Source: Fidelibacterota bacterium
GTDB taxonomy: Bacteria > Fidelibacterota > UBA2242 > JAFGTP01
Direction: 5' to 3'
Length of the DNA stretch: 64,000 nt
NCBI GenBank assembly: GCA_016934035.1
Contig: JAFGTP010000054.1
Span: forward strand, 90,948-154,947
The translations under genes and the position numbers were made by a program. Positions 1 through 8,867 of the stretch are shown piece after piece. The notes below the pieces were generated by a model, which was not told where the DNA came from, did not search any database, and worked only from the letters and a program-made list of their open reading frames with translations. Every line of letters begins with the position of its first letter. Position 1 is the first letter of the stretch.

Positions 1-1557
1 TTGTTTATACAGGCTTTAATGCTGTGCTTCCTGTTATCAGGAATTAATGCACAATCAGAAGTCCGATCAATCAATCTCAACTTTAATGATGTTAAAGGCC
101 CGATGAGCATCATGTTCAAGGAGTGTATCGGCGCCGGACGTGCCAATGAGGGATTGCGTGCCGATTGGCAGCAGCAGTTGGCCTTCGTCAAAGATCAGTG
201 TGATTTCAAATACATTCGTATGCATGGTCTGCTCACTGATGATATGGGCCTTTACCAAGAAGACCGGGACGGCAATCCGCAATATAATTTTCAGTACATT
301 GATGTGTTGTACGACTATATTCTGGAAATTGGTATGAAACCCTTTGTGGAATTGGGATTCATGCCCAGTGCTTTGGCCAGCGGACCAGAAACCATTTTCT
401 GGTGGCGCGGTAATGTTACTCCACCCAAAGATCATCATCAATGGGAGGCGCTGATTTACAATCTTGTAAGCCACTGGACGGAACGCTATGGCATTGAGGA
501 AGTGAAAACCTGGTACTTCGAAGTATGGAACGAACCGAACCTTTCTCCCGGCTTCTGGTCCGGCAGTCAGGAGGATTATTTTAAATTATACCAATTTACT
601 GCAACGGGCGTCAAAAAAGTCAATAAAGATTATAAAGTCGGTGGTCCCGCCACAGCCGGCGCTGCCTGTGAAGTTGAATTGATAGATTTTTGTAGAAATA
701 ATAATGTTGCATTGGATTTTATCTCAACACATGCATATGGTGTTGATCAGGGTTTTCTGGATGAATGGGGCAATTCCGGAACCAGACTGGCGCCGGACCC
801 TATGAGTTTGAGCCAAGACGTGCTGAATTCCCGCAAAGAAATTGCCGGTTCCGTGATGCCAGATTTGGAATTACATTACACTGAGTGGAGTTCATCCTAT
901 ACACCCGCTGACCCAATTCATGACAGTTATCATCAGGCTGCTTACATTCTTGATAGAATTAAAAAATCCGGCGACGCAGCCACATCCATGTCCTATTGGG
1001 TGTTCACCGATATTTTTGAGGAGGCCGGTCCACGTTTGACGCCCTTTCATGGTGGCTTTGGTTTAATCAATTACCAGGGCATTCCAAAGTCGGCCTTTTT
1101 TGCTTACAAATATATGAACCAGTTGGGGACAACTGAATTAGTCAACGGGGACGCAACTTCCTGGGCAACCCAAGATGATGATGGGAATATAAAATTGCTG
1201 CTCTGGAATTACACCTATACTTTACCGGATTCAGTCAACGACCAGGACTATTATATTCAGGATTTGCCGGCTAGGCCAAAAGGCAAAGTACAAATAGAGA
1301 TTGCGGATATACCTAAAGGAAAATATCTGCTGGAAGTCTATCAGGTGGGTTATCGGGTTAATGACCCTTACACAGACTATTATGATATGGGACGGCCAAA
1401 TCAGTTGACAAGAGCACAGGTAAAAAAACTCAAAACAGTGAGCAATGGCGAACCCGTCTTAACTGAAAAGATCACCATCAAAACGGGCAAGTCTTTTCTG
1501 AAAGAATTGGATTTAAGAGAAAATGATGTTTTCCTATTGATGTTGAAAAAGCAATAA
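1..1557 (+). CDS. Glycoside hydrolase family 39-like enzyme (beta-xylosidase / alpha-L-iduronidase type), secreted; 5' end probably cut by the window edge
   Basis: The N-terminus is hydrophobic and signal-like. It has 'YFEVWNEPNL' (acid/base Glu region) and 'LHYTEWSSSY' (nucleophile Glu region), both typical of GH39. The first codon is TTG at position 1, so the true start may lie upstream. Confidence 0.75.
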   Translation: MFIQALMLCFLLSGINAQSEVRSINLNFNDVKGPMSIMFKECIGAGRANEGLRADWQQQLAFVKDQCDFKYIRMHGLLTDDMGLYQEDRDGNPQYNFQYIDVLYDYILEIGMKPFVELGFMPSALASGPETIFWWRGNVTPPKDHHQWEALIYNLVSHWTERYGIEEVKTWYFEVWNEPNLSPGFWSGSQEDYFKLYQFTATGVKKVNKDYKVGGPATAGAACEVELIDFCRNNNVALDFISTHAYGVDQGFLDEWGNSGTRLAPDPMSLSQDVLNSRKEIAGSVMPDLELHYTEWSSSYTPADPIHDSYHQAAYILDRIKKSGDAATSMSYWVFTDIFEEAGPRLTPFHGGFGLINYQGIPKSAFFAYKYMNQLGTTELVNGDATSWATQDDDGNIKLLLWNYTYTLPDSVNDQDYYIQDLPARPKGKVQIEIADIPKGKYLLEVYQVGYRVNDPYTDYYDMGRPNQLTRAQVKKLKTVSNGEPVLTEKITIKTGKSFLKELDLRENDVFLLMLKKQ

Positions 1558-1560
1558 AAA

Positions 1561-1592
1561 AAACCCACTATTCAAATTCGAATAGTGGGTTT
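1561..1592. terminator. Bidirectional rho-independent terminator between convergent genes
   Basis: A perfect 13-bp inverted repeat, AAACCCACTATTC / GAATAGTGGGTTT, with a 6-nt loop. It is preceded by an A-run and followed by T's. It sits between gene ends at 1557 (+) and 1612 (-). Confidence 0.7.
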
Positions 1593-1611
1593 AACAGAGA
1601 ATTTCAAGTCC

Positions 1612-3279
1612 TTATCTCCGGGTCAATATACGGCTTTTTTCACCGATGGTGACCGTTCTTTTATCCTGTCCGGAAATCGAATTTATTATCGTGCCGGGTC
1701 TTTTAAAATCAACTGACATGTTTCCGTTGTTGAAGGGCTTCAATGTGAGGGTTGAGGCTCCGGGTGTTTTCATACCCTCTTCTCCTTCGATATCCACAAC
1801 AACCAGAATTCCCAGGTTACCGGGATACCCCAGATCACCGACAGAATTCCAGGTACCACTGGCGTCAACATAGAAACTGGATTCATAATTGGAAGATTGA
1901 TCCAGACCGACTTCCGGCCATCCGATATCTTTGACCATTTCAACGCCAACAGCAAAATCCCCGCTGATAAAACCGTCTTCAATATTTTCCCAGGGAATTT
2001 GCCAGCCGACCCATTGTTCGCCGTAGGTAGTCGACAGTGCATTGGAATAAAATTTATCATTGCCGTTTTGGTCAACAATGACTATGCGGTAATTTCCATC
2101 TTCCCCCGATGTATCATTCAAATAAACCCATACTTCGCGAATAAAAGTATTGGGCGCTGGTTGTGTGAAAGCATTACAAAACCGTGCGCCAATCGCAGTG
2201 CTGTAAAGTAAATTTTCAAAGCTCCCATCATCATAACCCAATGACACCATATCCGCAGTTGTCACTTTGTGGACGATTGAATACTGGGATCCGTATTCCA
2301 GTGAACCCAGAAAATCCATGGTGTTGCTGACTGTCAAAACGGCCGTGTAATAAACAGTGTTCATCATCAAATCATCGACCAGCATTGTATTCCGATTGAT
2401 ATCGGTAATATCGGTACCGATTTTATCATTATCAGCATGAAGGGTACTGTTATGTGACAGAAGCACACGGTAAAAATTAAAATTCTGGGCGTTGCTTCGA
2501 GACCAGTTTAACTGAAAGGAGGTACTTAAAATATTTGTAATATCAACATCGACAGGTTCAGGAACCGTGGCTGCACTCTGAGTTTCTACTCTTCTGACTA
2601 TCGAATTATTGGCACCATATTGCAGGTTTCCCGAATAGTAATTTTCCGTATCAAATACCACTATGGCAACATAATAAACCGTTCCCGGATCGGCCCCAGA
2701 TATGGTCATCGTTACAGAGTTTTTGTCTTCGATATCGTTTCCGATTTTATCGCTATTCAGGTTGAGCACTGTATTGGTGGACACCAAAACCCGGTAGTGA
2801 GAAAAATCCGGGGCGTTGCTTTTGTTCCAATTGATCACAAAACCGCTTTCACTGATATCGGAAAAAGTCGGTTCCACAGGAGGCGGAGAAATTTGGACAA
2901 TATTATTTATAGTAATTGTTTCTTCTGAATTTAGAATATCCTCTGTAGTTTCAGCGGTCAACTGGACGATTCCGCCTGCATCTTTACCCTGGATTTTAAA
3001 GAGTCTCTCGTTTCCTTTGGGTACCTCGAGATTGCATACAACTCTTGTATTGTTTACATTGAAATCCTCAGAAATTCTATCCATATCAGCGGCTTCAACA
3101 ACGATATTAATCACCTGAATACTTGTTGCTTTTTGAAGGGCGTTCTCCTGTAGAGGTTTTTCAGGAAAATTGAACGCAATATTTATTCTGGCAAGGTCAT
3201 CCTTTGTTTTTACTGGACTTTCGCAAGTAGATACTAAAAAAACCAGAACAATCAGTATCAATATTTTAATCCATTTCAT
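1612..3279 (-). CDS. Surface/periplasmic lipoprotein with two tandem FN3-like repeats and a C-terminal beta-rich domain; function unknown
   Basis: I place the start at ATG 3279 (MKWIKILILIVLVFLVSTC, a lipoprotein-type signal) rather than at the ORF-track start 3414, which would overlap the upstream gene. Two ~95-aa repeats share the W-x-x-S-N-A, YRVL and VYY motifs typical of FN3-like domains. Confidence 0.7.
   Translation of the reverse strand: MKWIKILILIVLVFLVSTCESPVKTKDDLARINIAFNFPEKPLQENALQKATSIQVINIVVEAADMDRISEDFNVNNTRVVCNLEVPKGNERLFKIQGKDAGGIVQLTAETTEDILNSEETITINNIVQISPPPVEPTFSDISESGFVINWNKSNAPDFSHYRVLVSTNTVLNLNSDKIGNDIEDKNSVTMTISGADPGTVYYVAIVVFDTENYYSGNLQYGANNSIVRRVETQSAATVPEPVDVDITNILSTSFQLNWSRSNAQNFNFYRVLLSHNSTLHADNDKIGTDITDINRNTMLVDDLMMNTVYYTAVLTVSNTMDFLGSLEYGSQYSIVHKVTTADMVSLGYDDGSFENLLYSTAIGARFCNAFTQPAPNTFIREVWVYLNDTSGEDGNYRIVIVDQNGNDKFYSNALSTTYGEQWVGWQIPWENIEDGFISGDFAVGVEMVKDIGWPEVGLDQSSNYESSFYVDASGTWNSVGDLGYPGNLGILVVVDIEGEEGMKTPGASTLTLKPFNNGNMSVDFKRPGTIINSISGQDKRTVTIGEKSRILTRR
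2257..2883 (-). repeat. Intragenic tandem duplication encoding two FN3-like modules (aa ~133-233 and ~239-341 of the lipoprotein)
   Basis: In a hand alignment of FSDISESGFVINWNKSNAPDFSHYRVLV... against ITNILSTSFQLNWSRSNAQNFNFYRVLL..., 39 of 95 ungapped positions are identical. Confidence 0.6.
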
Positions 3280-3299
3280 AATTAATCCTTTCTGGTTTA

Positions 3300-4013
3300 T
3301 TAGGGTAAGTTGATAATTATACTGACAGAAGACATCTTGCCACCGGAACCGGAAGATGATTCCTGGGTCGCCAGATAAACGCCACCGCCAACGATTGCTG
3401 CCGATGCAACCCAAAAAATGGGGCGCTTTAATAACGGCTTTTTTTCCTTGATGCGGGTATCCGCCACAGGCTCCCGGTTGATGGGAATAGCCTGATACTG
3501 CAGGGTTTCATTTTCTTTGTTCAACAATTGGGATTCCATGGAATAGGCTAAACGGTCCATCATCATAAATATTTCATCGGATACATTGCCTTCAACCACA
3601 TCAGCTTTAATGATTCGGCTGGACTTAACGTCAATCAGCCTGGCATTGATCCTGATTTTTTGGCCAATAGATGCAAAACTTCCTAAAAGAATTGCATTCG
3701 CACCGACGGCACGCCCCAATTCAACCGCTGATTGCTCATCAACGATTCCTGAAATGCCCAGTTCCAATTCTTTAAGGGCATCCTCCAGCCGAGTCCGTTC
3801 TACAATTTCTGTTCTTCCGTTTTTTGCCATTCTGGTAATAATATTTTCAGGAATGGTTTTTTCCAGATAGTTTAATTTTGGATCTCCCCCGGTATTTCTA
3901 AAATCAACGACAGCAATAACAATTTTTTCACCATCCTGACTGAGGGTCTGAGCATGAATATTGGATGAAAAAATGAACAGCAATAGCACGAAAGTAATTT
4001 TTAACACTTTCAT
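3300..4013 (-). CDS. Periplasmic CsgG/LpoB/TolB-N-like domain protein with a C-terminal transmembrane anchor
   Basis: It has a signal peptide (MKVLKITFVLLLFIFSSNIHA). The pattern 'IAVVDFRN...ERTRLEDALKELELGISGIVDEQSAVELGRAVGANAILLGSF...INARLID' matches the CsgG-type fold signature. A C-terminal hydrophobic helix (IFWVASAAIVGGGVYLA) follows. The next gene starts 20 nt downstream. Confidence 0.6.
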   Translation of the reverse strand: MKVLKITFVLLLFIFSSNIHAQTLSQDGEKIVIAVVDFRNTGGDPKLNYLEKTIPENIITRMAKNGRTEIVERTRLEDALKELELGISGIVDEQSAVELGRAVGANAILLGSFASIGQKIRINARLIDVKSSRIIKADVVEGNVSDEIFMMMDRLAYSMESQLLNKENETLQYQAIPINREPVADTRIKEKKPLLKRPIFWVASAAIVGGGVYLATQESSSGSGGKMSSVSIIINLP

Positions 4014-4321
4014 AAAATACCCTTCTTTTTATTAATTTAAATTTTATACCTATGGATACTCGGTAATAACAAGTAATTTAATATAAAAAGTCAAAGATAG
4101 AATGTCAATCAGTTAGGACTACAATCAAGTTTATCAAGTAACAATTTATTGTTCTCTAATAGATGTACCAACGAATTTAAAACAATTGAATTTATTCTAA
4201 AAAAATAAATATTTATAAGAATACTTTTTTTTTTATAATTTAGATAGTATTTTCCCAAAAGAAACTATGATTTGTCGAACCATCAACATACCATCTATTC
4301 CAATTCCAAAAAGGAGAGAAC

Positions 4322-6649
4322 ATGAAAAAATTTCTATTGTTGTCTTTAACCCTGATCCTCATTTTTTCCTGCTCAACCATGAACCTGAAAATTGAAAAAT
4401 CTAATGCTATTTCCATTGTTCCGGAACCAGTCTCCATTGAAAAGACCGGGGGAGTGTTCCAATCAGCAAGCAAAGAGTTGTTTTTAAAAAAATCTGAAGA
4501 CATTACCCTTGACCCAATTGAAAATTATTTTATCAACCTTTTTTCCAGCCAGTCGGGAATAAAATTTACAGATGATGAAACAGCCAACCAAATTCAGTTT
4601 GCCATTAATGAATTGCCGGACCCAGAATTAGGGATTGAAGGTTATAAAATTATAATTTCGTCCCGGCACCTTGAGGCCCGTGCCAATACAACAGCGGGAT
4701 TATTTTACTCCCTTCAGACCATGCGCCAATTATTTCCTGTCGACGCAAAAAGTCCCGTTTCCATTCCCTGCGGTGTCATTACTGACACCCCCCGGTTTTC
4801 ATGGCGGGGCACTATGCTGGATGTTTCCCGGCATTTTTTCCCGAAAGAAGATATTCTGAAATTAATTGACGTTTTGGCCCTTCATAAAATCAATACTTTT
4901 CACTGGCACCTGGTGGATGATCAGGGCTGGCGCATCGAAATCAAACAATATTCAAAACTGACTGAAGTTGGTGCCTGGCGTGTAGACCGAGAAGAGCAAC
5001 ACTGGAATTCCCGTGAAAAACAGAAACCGGGAGAAAAGGCCAGCTATGGCGGATTTTATACCCAGGAAGAAGTGAAAGAAATTATTAATTATGCTGCTGA
5101 ACGGTTTATTACCATTGTACCGGAAATAGAATTACCGGCCCATGTAACCTCTGCTTTGGCTGCTTATCCGCAATATTCCTGTACTGGCGGGCCCTTCACG
5201 GTTTTGCCGGGAGGCGTCTGGCCGATTACCGATATCTATTGTGCCGGTAATGATGAAACTTTTCAATTTCTGGAAAATATTCTCAGTGAAGTGATTGACC
5301 TTTTTCCCGGACCCTATATACACATCGGCGGAGATGAGGCCACAAAAACCGAATGGGAAAAATGTCCCAAATGCCAGGCCAGAATCCAACAGGAAGGCCT
5401 GAAAAATGAACACGAATTGCAGAGCTATTTCGTTCGGCGCATTGAAAAATTTATCGTCAGTAAAGGCCGTAAAATGATCGGCTGGGATGAAATCCTCGAA
5501 GGCGGCCTCGCCCCGGAAGCGACGGTCATGTCCTGGCGCGGGTTTGAAGGCGGGATTGAGGCTGCTAAAAGTGGCCACGATGTGGTCATGACACCCACTT
5601 CCCACTGCTATTTTGATTATTATCAGGGAGATCCTGAAAATGAACCCCTGGCAATCGGCGGTTACGTTCCCCTGAAAAAAGTATACGAATTTGAACCGGT
5701 ACCGGAGGAATTGAATACCCAAGAAGCCAGACATATTTTAGGTGGGCAGTGCAACCTGTGGACCGAATATATGTCGAATTTTAATCATGTCCAATATATG
5801 TTGCTGCCACGATTGGCGGCCATGTCGGAAGTTCTGTGGTCATCTCCTCAAAAAAGGGACCTTCGCCATTTTAGCGCCAAAATGAAAAATCTGCTGGCTT
5901 TATACGATAAACTGGGCCTGAATTATGCCCGCAGTGCTTTTCAGGTTTTCCTTGATGCGGATTTTGATGTTGAGGAAAAAAAATTCCATGTAGAACTCAG
6001 GTCTGAAATCGAAGTGCCTGAAATCCGCTATACGCTGAATGGTGAAAATCCTACCACCGGCTCCCTGCTGTACCAAAAGCCCCTGACCTTGAAAAAATCC
6101 ACCGAAATCAAAGCAGCAGCCTTCAGTAATGGCCAGGCTATCAGTCCCGTTACCTCAAAAAAATGTCTCATCCACAAAGCAACGGGAATGAAATATATAC
6201 TGACAACACCACCTTCAAAAAAATATACCGGCAACAGTGATATTGCTCTGACCAACTCCTTATTGGGTACAGCCAATCACAGCGACGGAAACTGGTCCGG
6301 TTTTGAGGGCAATGACCTGGAAGCAACCATTGAATTTAACTCATCGAAAAGTATATCCGGCGTTTCCGTTGGCTTTTTACATAATGCAGGGGCCTGGATT
6401 TTTTCACCGGAATACCTGCTCATTGAAGGGTCGGGTGACGGGCAAAATTTTACAGAACTGAAAAAGAAGGTCAATGTGATTGACCAGAAATCAGGGGACA
6501 GGGAAGTGGTGCGGCTGGATGCAAAATTTGATGAAATTTTTGTAAAATACCTTCGCATCAAAGCCAAAAATATCGGAACCTGCCCGGAATGGCACGCCGG
6601 GGCCGGCGGAAAAGCCTGGCTCTTCGTCGATGAAATCATTGTCGAATAA
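4322..6649 (+). CDS. GH20 beta-N-acetylhexosaminidase lipoprotein with a C-terminal CHB_HEX_C-like plus discoidin (F5/8 type C)-like module
   Basis: The RBS is AAAGGAGAGAAC-ATG and the lipobox is LIFSC. GH20 motifs are present: 'FHWHLVDDQGWRIEI' and 'IHIGGDEA' (catalytic D-E pair). Confidence 0.9.
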   Translation: MKKFLLLSLTLILIFSCSTMNLKIEKSNAISIVPEPVSIEKTGGVFQSASKELFLKKSEDITLDPIENYFINLFSSQSGIKFTDDETANQIQFAINELPDPELGIEGYKIIISSRHLEARANTTAGLFYSLQTMRQLFPVDAKSPVSIPCGVITDTPRFSWRGTMLDVSRHFFPKEDILKLIDVLALHKINTFHWHLVDDQGWRIEIKQYSKLTEVGAWRVDREEQHWNSREKQKPGEKASYGGFYTQEEVKEIINYAAERFITIVPEIELPAHVTSALAAYPQYSCTGGPFTVLPGGVWPITDIYCAGNDETFQFLENILSEVIDLFPGPYIHIGGDEATKTEWEKCPKCQARIQQEGLKNEHELQSYFVRRIEKFIVSKGRKMIGWDEILEGGLAPEATVMSWRGFEGGIEAAKSGHDVVMTPTSHCYFDYYQGDPENEPLAIGGYVPLKKVYEFEPVPEELNTQEARHILGGQCNLWTEYMSNFNHVQYMLLPRLAAMSEVLWSSPQKRDLRHFSAKMKNLLALYDKLGLNYARSAFQVFLDADFDVEEKKFHVELRSEIEVPEIRYTLNGENPTTGSLLYQKPLTLKKSTEIKAAAFSNGQAISPVTSKKCLIHKATGMKYILTTPPSKKYTGNSDIALTNSLLGTANHSDGNWSGFEGNDLEATIEFNSSKSISGVSVGFLHNAGAWIFSPEYLLIEGSGDGQNFTELKKKVNVIDQKSGDREVVRLDAKFDEIFVKYLRIKAKNIGTCPEWHAGAGGKAWLFVDEIIVE

Positions 6650-6661
6650 GAGGAATTTTTT

Positions 6662-8860
6662 ATGTCTATCAAACACTACCTGTGGATTATCTTTATTTTA
6701 GGGCTTCGAACAGGCTGCGCCAAACCAGCCGCTCAGCCCAATTATATCGATATTCATCCCAATGATAATATGGAGACCATCGTCAAAAAAGCTGCTGCTC
6801 TTCGTCCTTCACCCCGGCAGGCTGCCTGGCAAAAACTGGAAATGACGGGTTTTATCCATTTCACGGTCAATACTTTTACAGATATGGAATGGGGGCAGGG
6901 TGATGAATCGCCCCAAATTTTTAACCCGACGAATTTTGATGCCGAACAGATGGTCAAAGCCTGCAAGGATGCCGGTATCCAACTGATTATTCCTACCGCC
7001 AAACATCACGATGGGTTCTGTCTCTGGCCCAGTAAATTTACAGACCATTCGGTAAAAAATTCGCCCTGGAAAAAGGGCCGGGGAGATATTATAGCGGAAT
7101 TCGCTGCCGCCTGTCAAAAACATGGTCTTAAATTTGGTTTTTACCTGTCCCCCTGGGACCGGCATGAACCATCCTATGGCAGTGACGCCTACAATGAGTA
7201 TTTTGTTAATCAACTAACAGAATTGATGACTCAATACGGCGAAATCAGCGAAGTATGGTTTGATGGCGCCTGTGGTGAGGGCAATAATGGGCAACGCCAG
7301 GTTTTTGACTGGGAGACTTATTATGCAATCATCCGAAAACTAGCCCCAAAGGCTGTCATTGCAGTTATGGGGCCTGATGTTCGCTGGGTGGGTACGGAAT
7401 CCGGTTATGGCCGGGAAACCGAATGGAGTGTCCTGCCATTAGCAGTCCAAAATCGTGATAAAATAACGGAAAATTCACAAAGTGACGTTAATTTTATTCC
7501 CAACGAAGATAAAACCCAGGAAGATCTGGGCAGTCGCGAAAAGTTAAAAAATGCTGGCACTCTGGTTTGGTATCCGTCAGAAGTGGATGTTTCCATTCGA
7601 CCCGGCTGGTTTTGGCACGAAAATGAAAATAATCTGGTCAAGACACCGGAAAAATTGGTTGATATCTACTACAGTTCTGTCGGCAGAAACTCTGTCCTGT
7701 TGCTGAATATTCCGCCCACCATGGAAGGAAAATTCCATGAAAAGGACATCAAAAGCCTTCAGGGGATGCGACAAATTCTGGACAACACGTTCGAAAACAA
7801 TTTTTTAGAAAAGGCGAGTTCATCCAATATCAGCGGTATCAATATCCTTTGTGATGGTGATCCGGAATCCTCCTGGAAATCAAAGGACCTGACGCCAAGG
7901 TTAATTTTTGGTTTTGATCAGGAAATAGAATTTGACCGTTTTATGATTCAGGAAGACGTTTTCAATGTGGGACAACGGGTTGAGGCCTTTTCCCTGTTTG
8001 CAAAAATCAACGGAAAATGGCAGGAAATGATCAAGGCTACCACCATTGGCTATAAAAGGCTGTTGCGGTTCCCCCCTGTAAAAACCGATGAAATTAAAAT
8101 TGAAATTTTCGAATCCAGAAATACTCCGGCCTTGTCAGAAATCGGCCTTTACAAAGCCCCGCCGGACATTAATATTATTCCGGAAAAGGCCTCTTTTAAA
8201 AACCATCTGGAAGTTCAGTTGGAAAGCAGTGAACCGGGTTGTGATATTTTTTATACCCTGGATGGTAGCGAACCGAATAGAAATTCACAAAAATACAGCG
8301 GTCCTATTACCTTGACTGAATCGACAACGCTAAAGGTTTTTGGCATCAGAGAAAATAAAACCACCCTGGTGAAAGAAACGATTTTCACAAAAGCCCGGTA
8401 TGGGATCACCTACATTCATTCTTTTTCTCCAAAATATTCCGGTGGGGGTACTTTTGGCATCATTGACGGAAAAACCGGCAGCACAAATTTTGCCGATGGA
8501 CTCTGGCAGGGATTTGAGGGTCAGGATTTTGAAGTGATTCTGGACCTGGGTGACAGCAAAACATTACAATCAGCTTCAGCCCGTTTTTTACAGGATTACA
8601 AAAGTTGGATATTTCTGCCGCAGCAGGTTGAGTTTCTGATTTCCCGTGATGCTAAAAATTTTGTAGTCATTGATCGAATCATCAATGATATTTCTGTCAA
8701 TGATTCGGGCCCGGTAATTCAAGAATTCAAGACAACAGCCCTGATGGAAAATGTGAGATTCTTAAAAATTAAAGCAAAGAATATTGGACATTGCCCCCAG
8801 GGCCATCCCGGTGAAAATGGGAAAGCCTGGATTTTTACCGATGAAATTTTGATATTGTAA
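6662..8860 (+). CDS. GH29 alpha-L-fucosidase lipoprotein with an internal discoidin-like domain and the shared C-terminal module
   Basis: Lipobox LRTGC. The GH29 signature 'TAKHHDGFCLWPSKFTDHS' is present, along with 'YLSPWDRHE'. The gap to the upstream gene is 12 nt. Confidence 0.9.
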   Translation: MSIKHYLWIIFILGLRTGCAKPAAQPNYIDIHPNDNMETIVKKAAALRPSPRQAAWQKLEMTGFIHFTVNTFTDMEWGQGDESPQIFNPTNFDAEQMVKACKDAGIQLIIPTAKHHDGFCLWPSKFTDHSVKNSPWKKGRGDIIAEFAAACQKHGLKFGFYLSPWDRHEPSYGSDAYNEYFVNQLTELMTQYGEISEVWFDGACGEGNNGQRQVFDWETYYAIIRKLAPKAVIAVMGPDVRWVGTESGYGRETEWSVLPLAVQNRDKITENSQSDVNFIPNEDKTQEDLGSREKLKNAGTLVWYPSEVDVSIRPGWFWHENENNLVKTPEKLVDIYYSSVGRNSVLLLNIPPTMEGKFHEKDIKSLQGMRQILDNTFENNFLEKASSSNISGINILCDGDPESSWKSKDLTPRLIFGFDQEIEFDRFMIQEDVFNVGQRVEAFSLFAKINGKWQEMIKATTIGYKRLLRFPPVKTDEIKIEIFESRNTPALSEIGLYKAPPDINIIPEKASFKNHLEVQLESSEPGCDIFYTLDGSEPNRNSQKYSGPITLTESTTLKVFGIRENKTTLVKETIFTKARYGITYIHSFSPKYSGGGTFGIIDGKTGSTNFADGLWQGFEGQDFEVILDLGDSKTLQSASARFLQDYKSWIFLPQQVEFLISRDAKNFVVIDRIINDISVNDSGPVIQEFKTTALMENVRFLKIKAKNIGHCPQGHPGENGKAWIFTDEILIL

Positions 8861-8867
8861 AAAATCC

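Noticed and set aside
3280-3414. 45-codon N-terminal extension of the FN3 lipoprotein ORF, overlapping the upstream gene
   Set aside because: The extension (MGCIGSNRWRWRLSGDPG...) lacks a signal peptide and overlaps the 3' end of the 3300-4013 gene. The internal ATG at 3279 gives a canonical lipoprotein signal immediately.
4014-4321. 308-nt AT-rich divergent intergenic region examined for tRNA, sRNA or a mobile-element remnant
   Set aside because: I found no GC-rich cloverleaf-sized segment, no inverted terminal repeats and no ORF. It looks like an ordinary divergent promoter region. A TATAAT at 4234-4239 and the strong RBS before 4322 are the only signals. I was not confident enough to call a promoter.
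5132-5734. 200-aa ORF on the minus strand inside the GH20 gene
   Set aside because: It lies entirely antisense to a gene with clear GH20 catalytic motifs. Its translation is low-complexity and biased (Phe/Gly/Ile-rich), with no start context or recognisable motif. This is the usual shadow ORF that arises where the sense codons avoid TTA/CTA/TCA.
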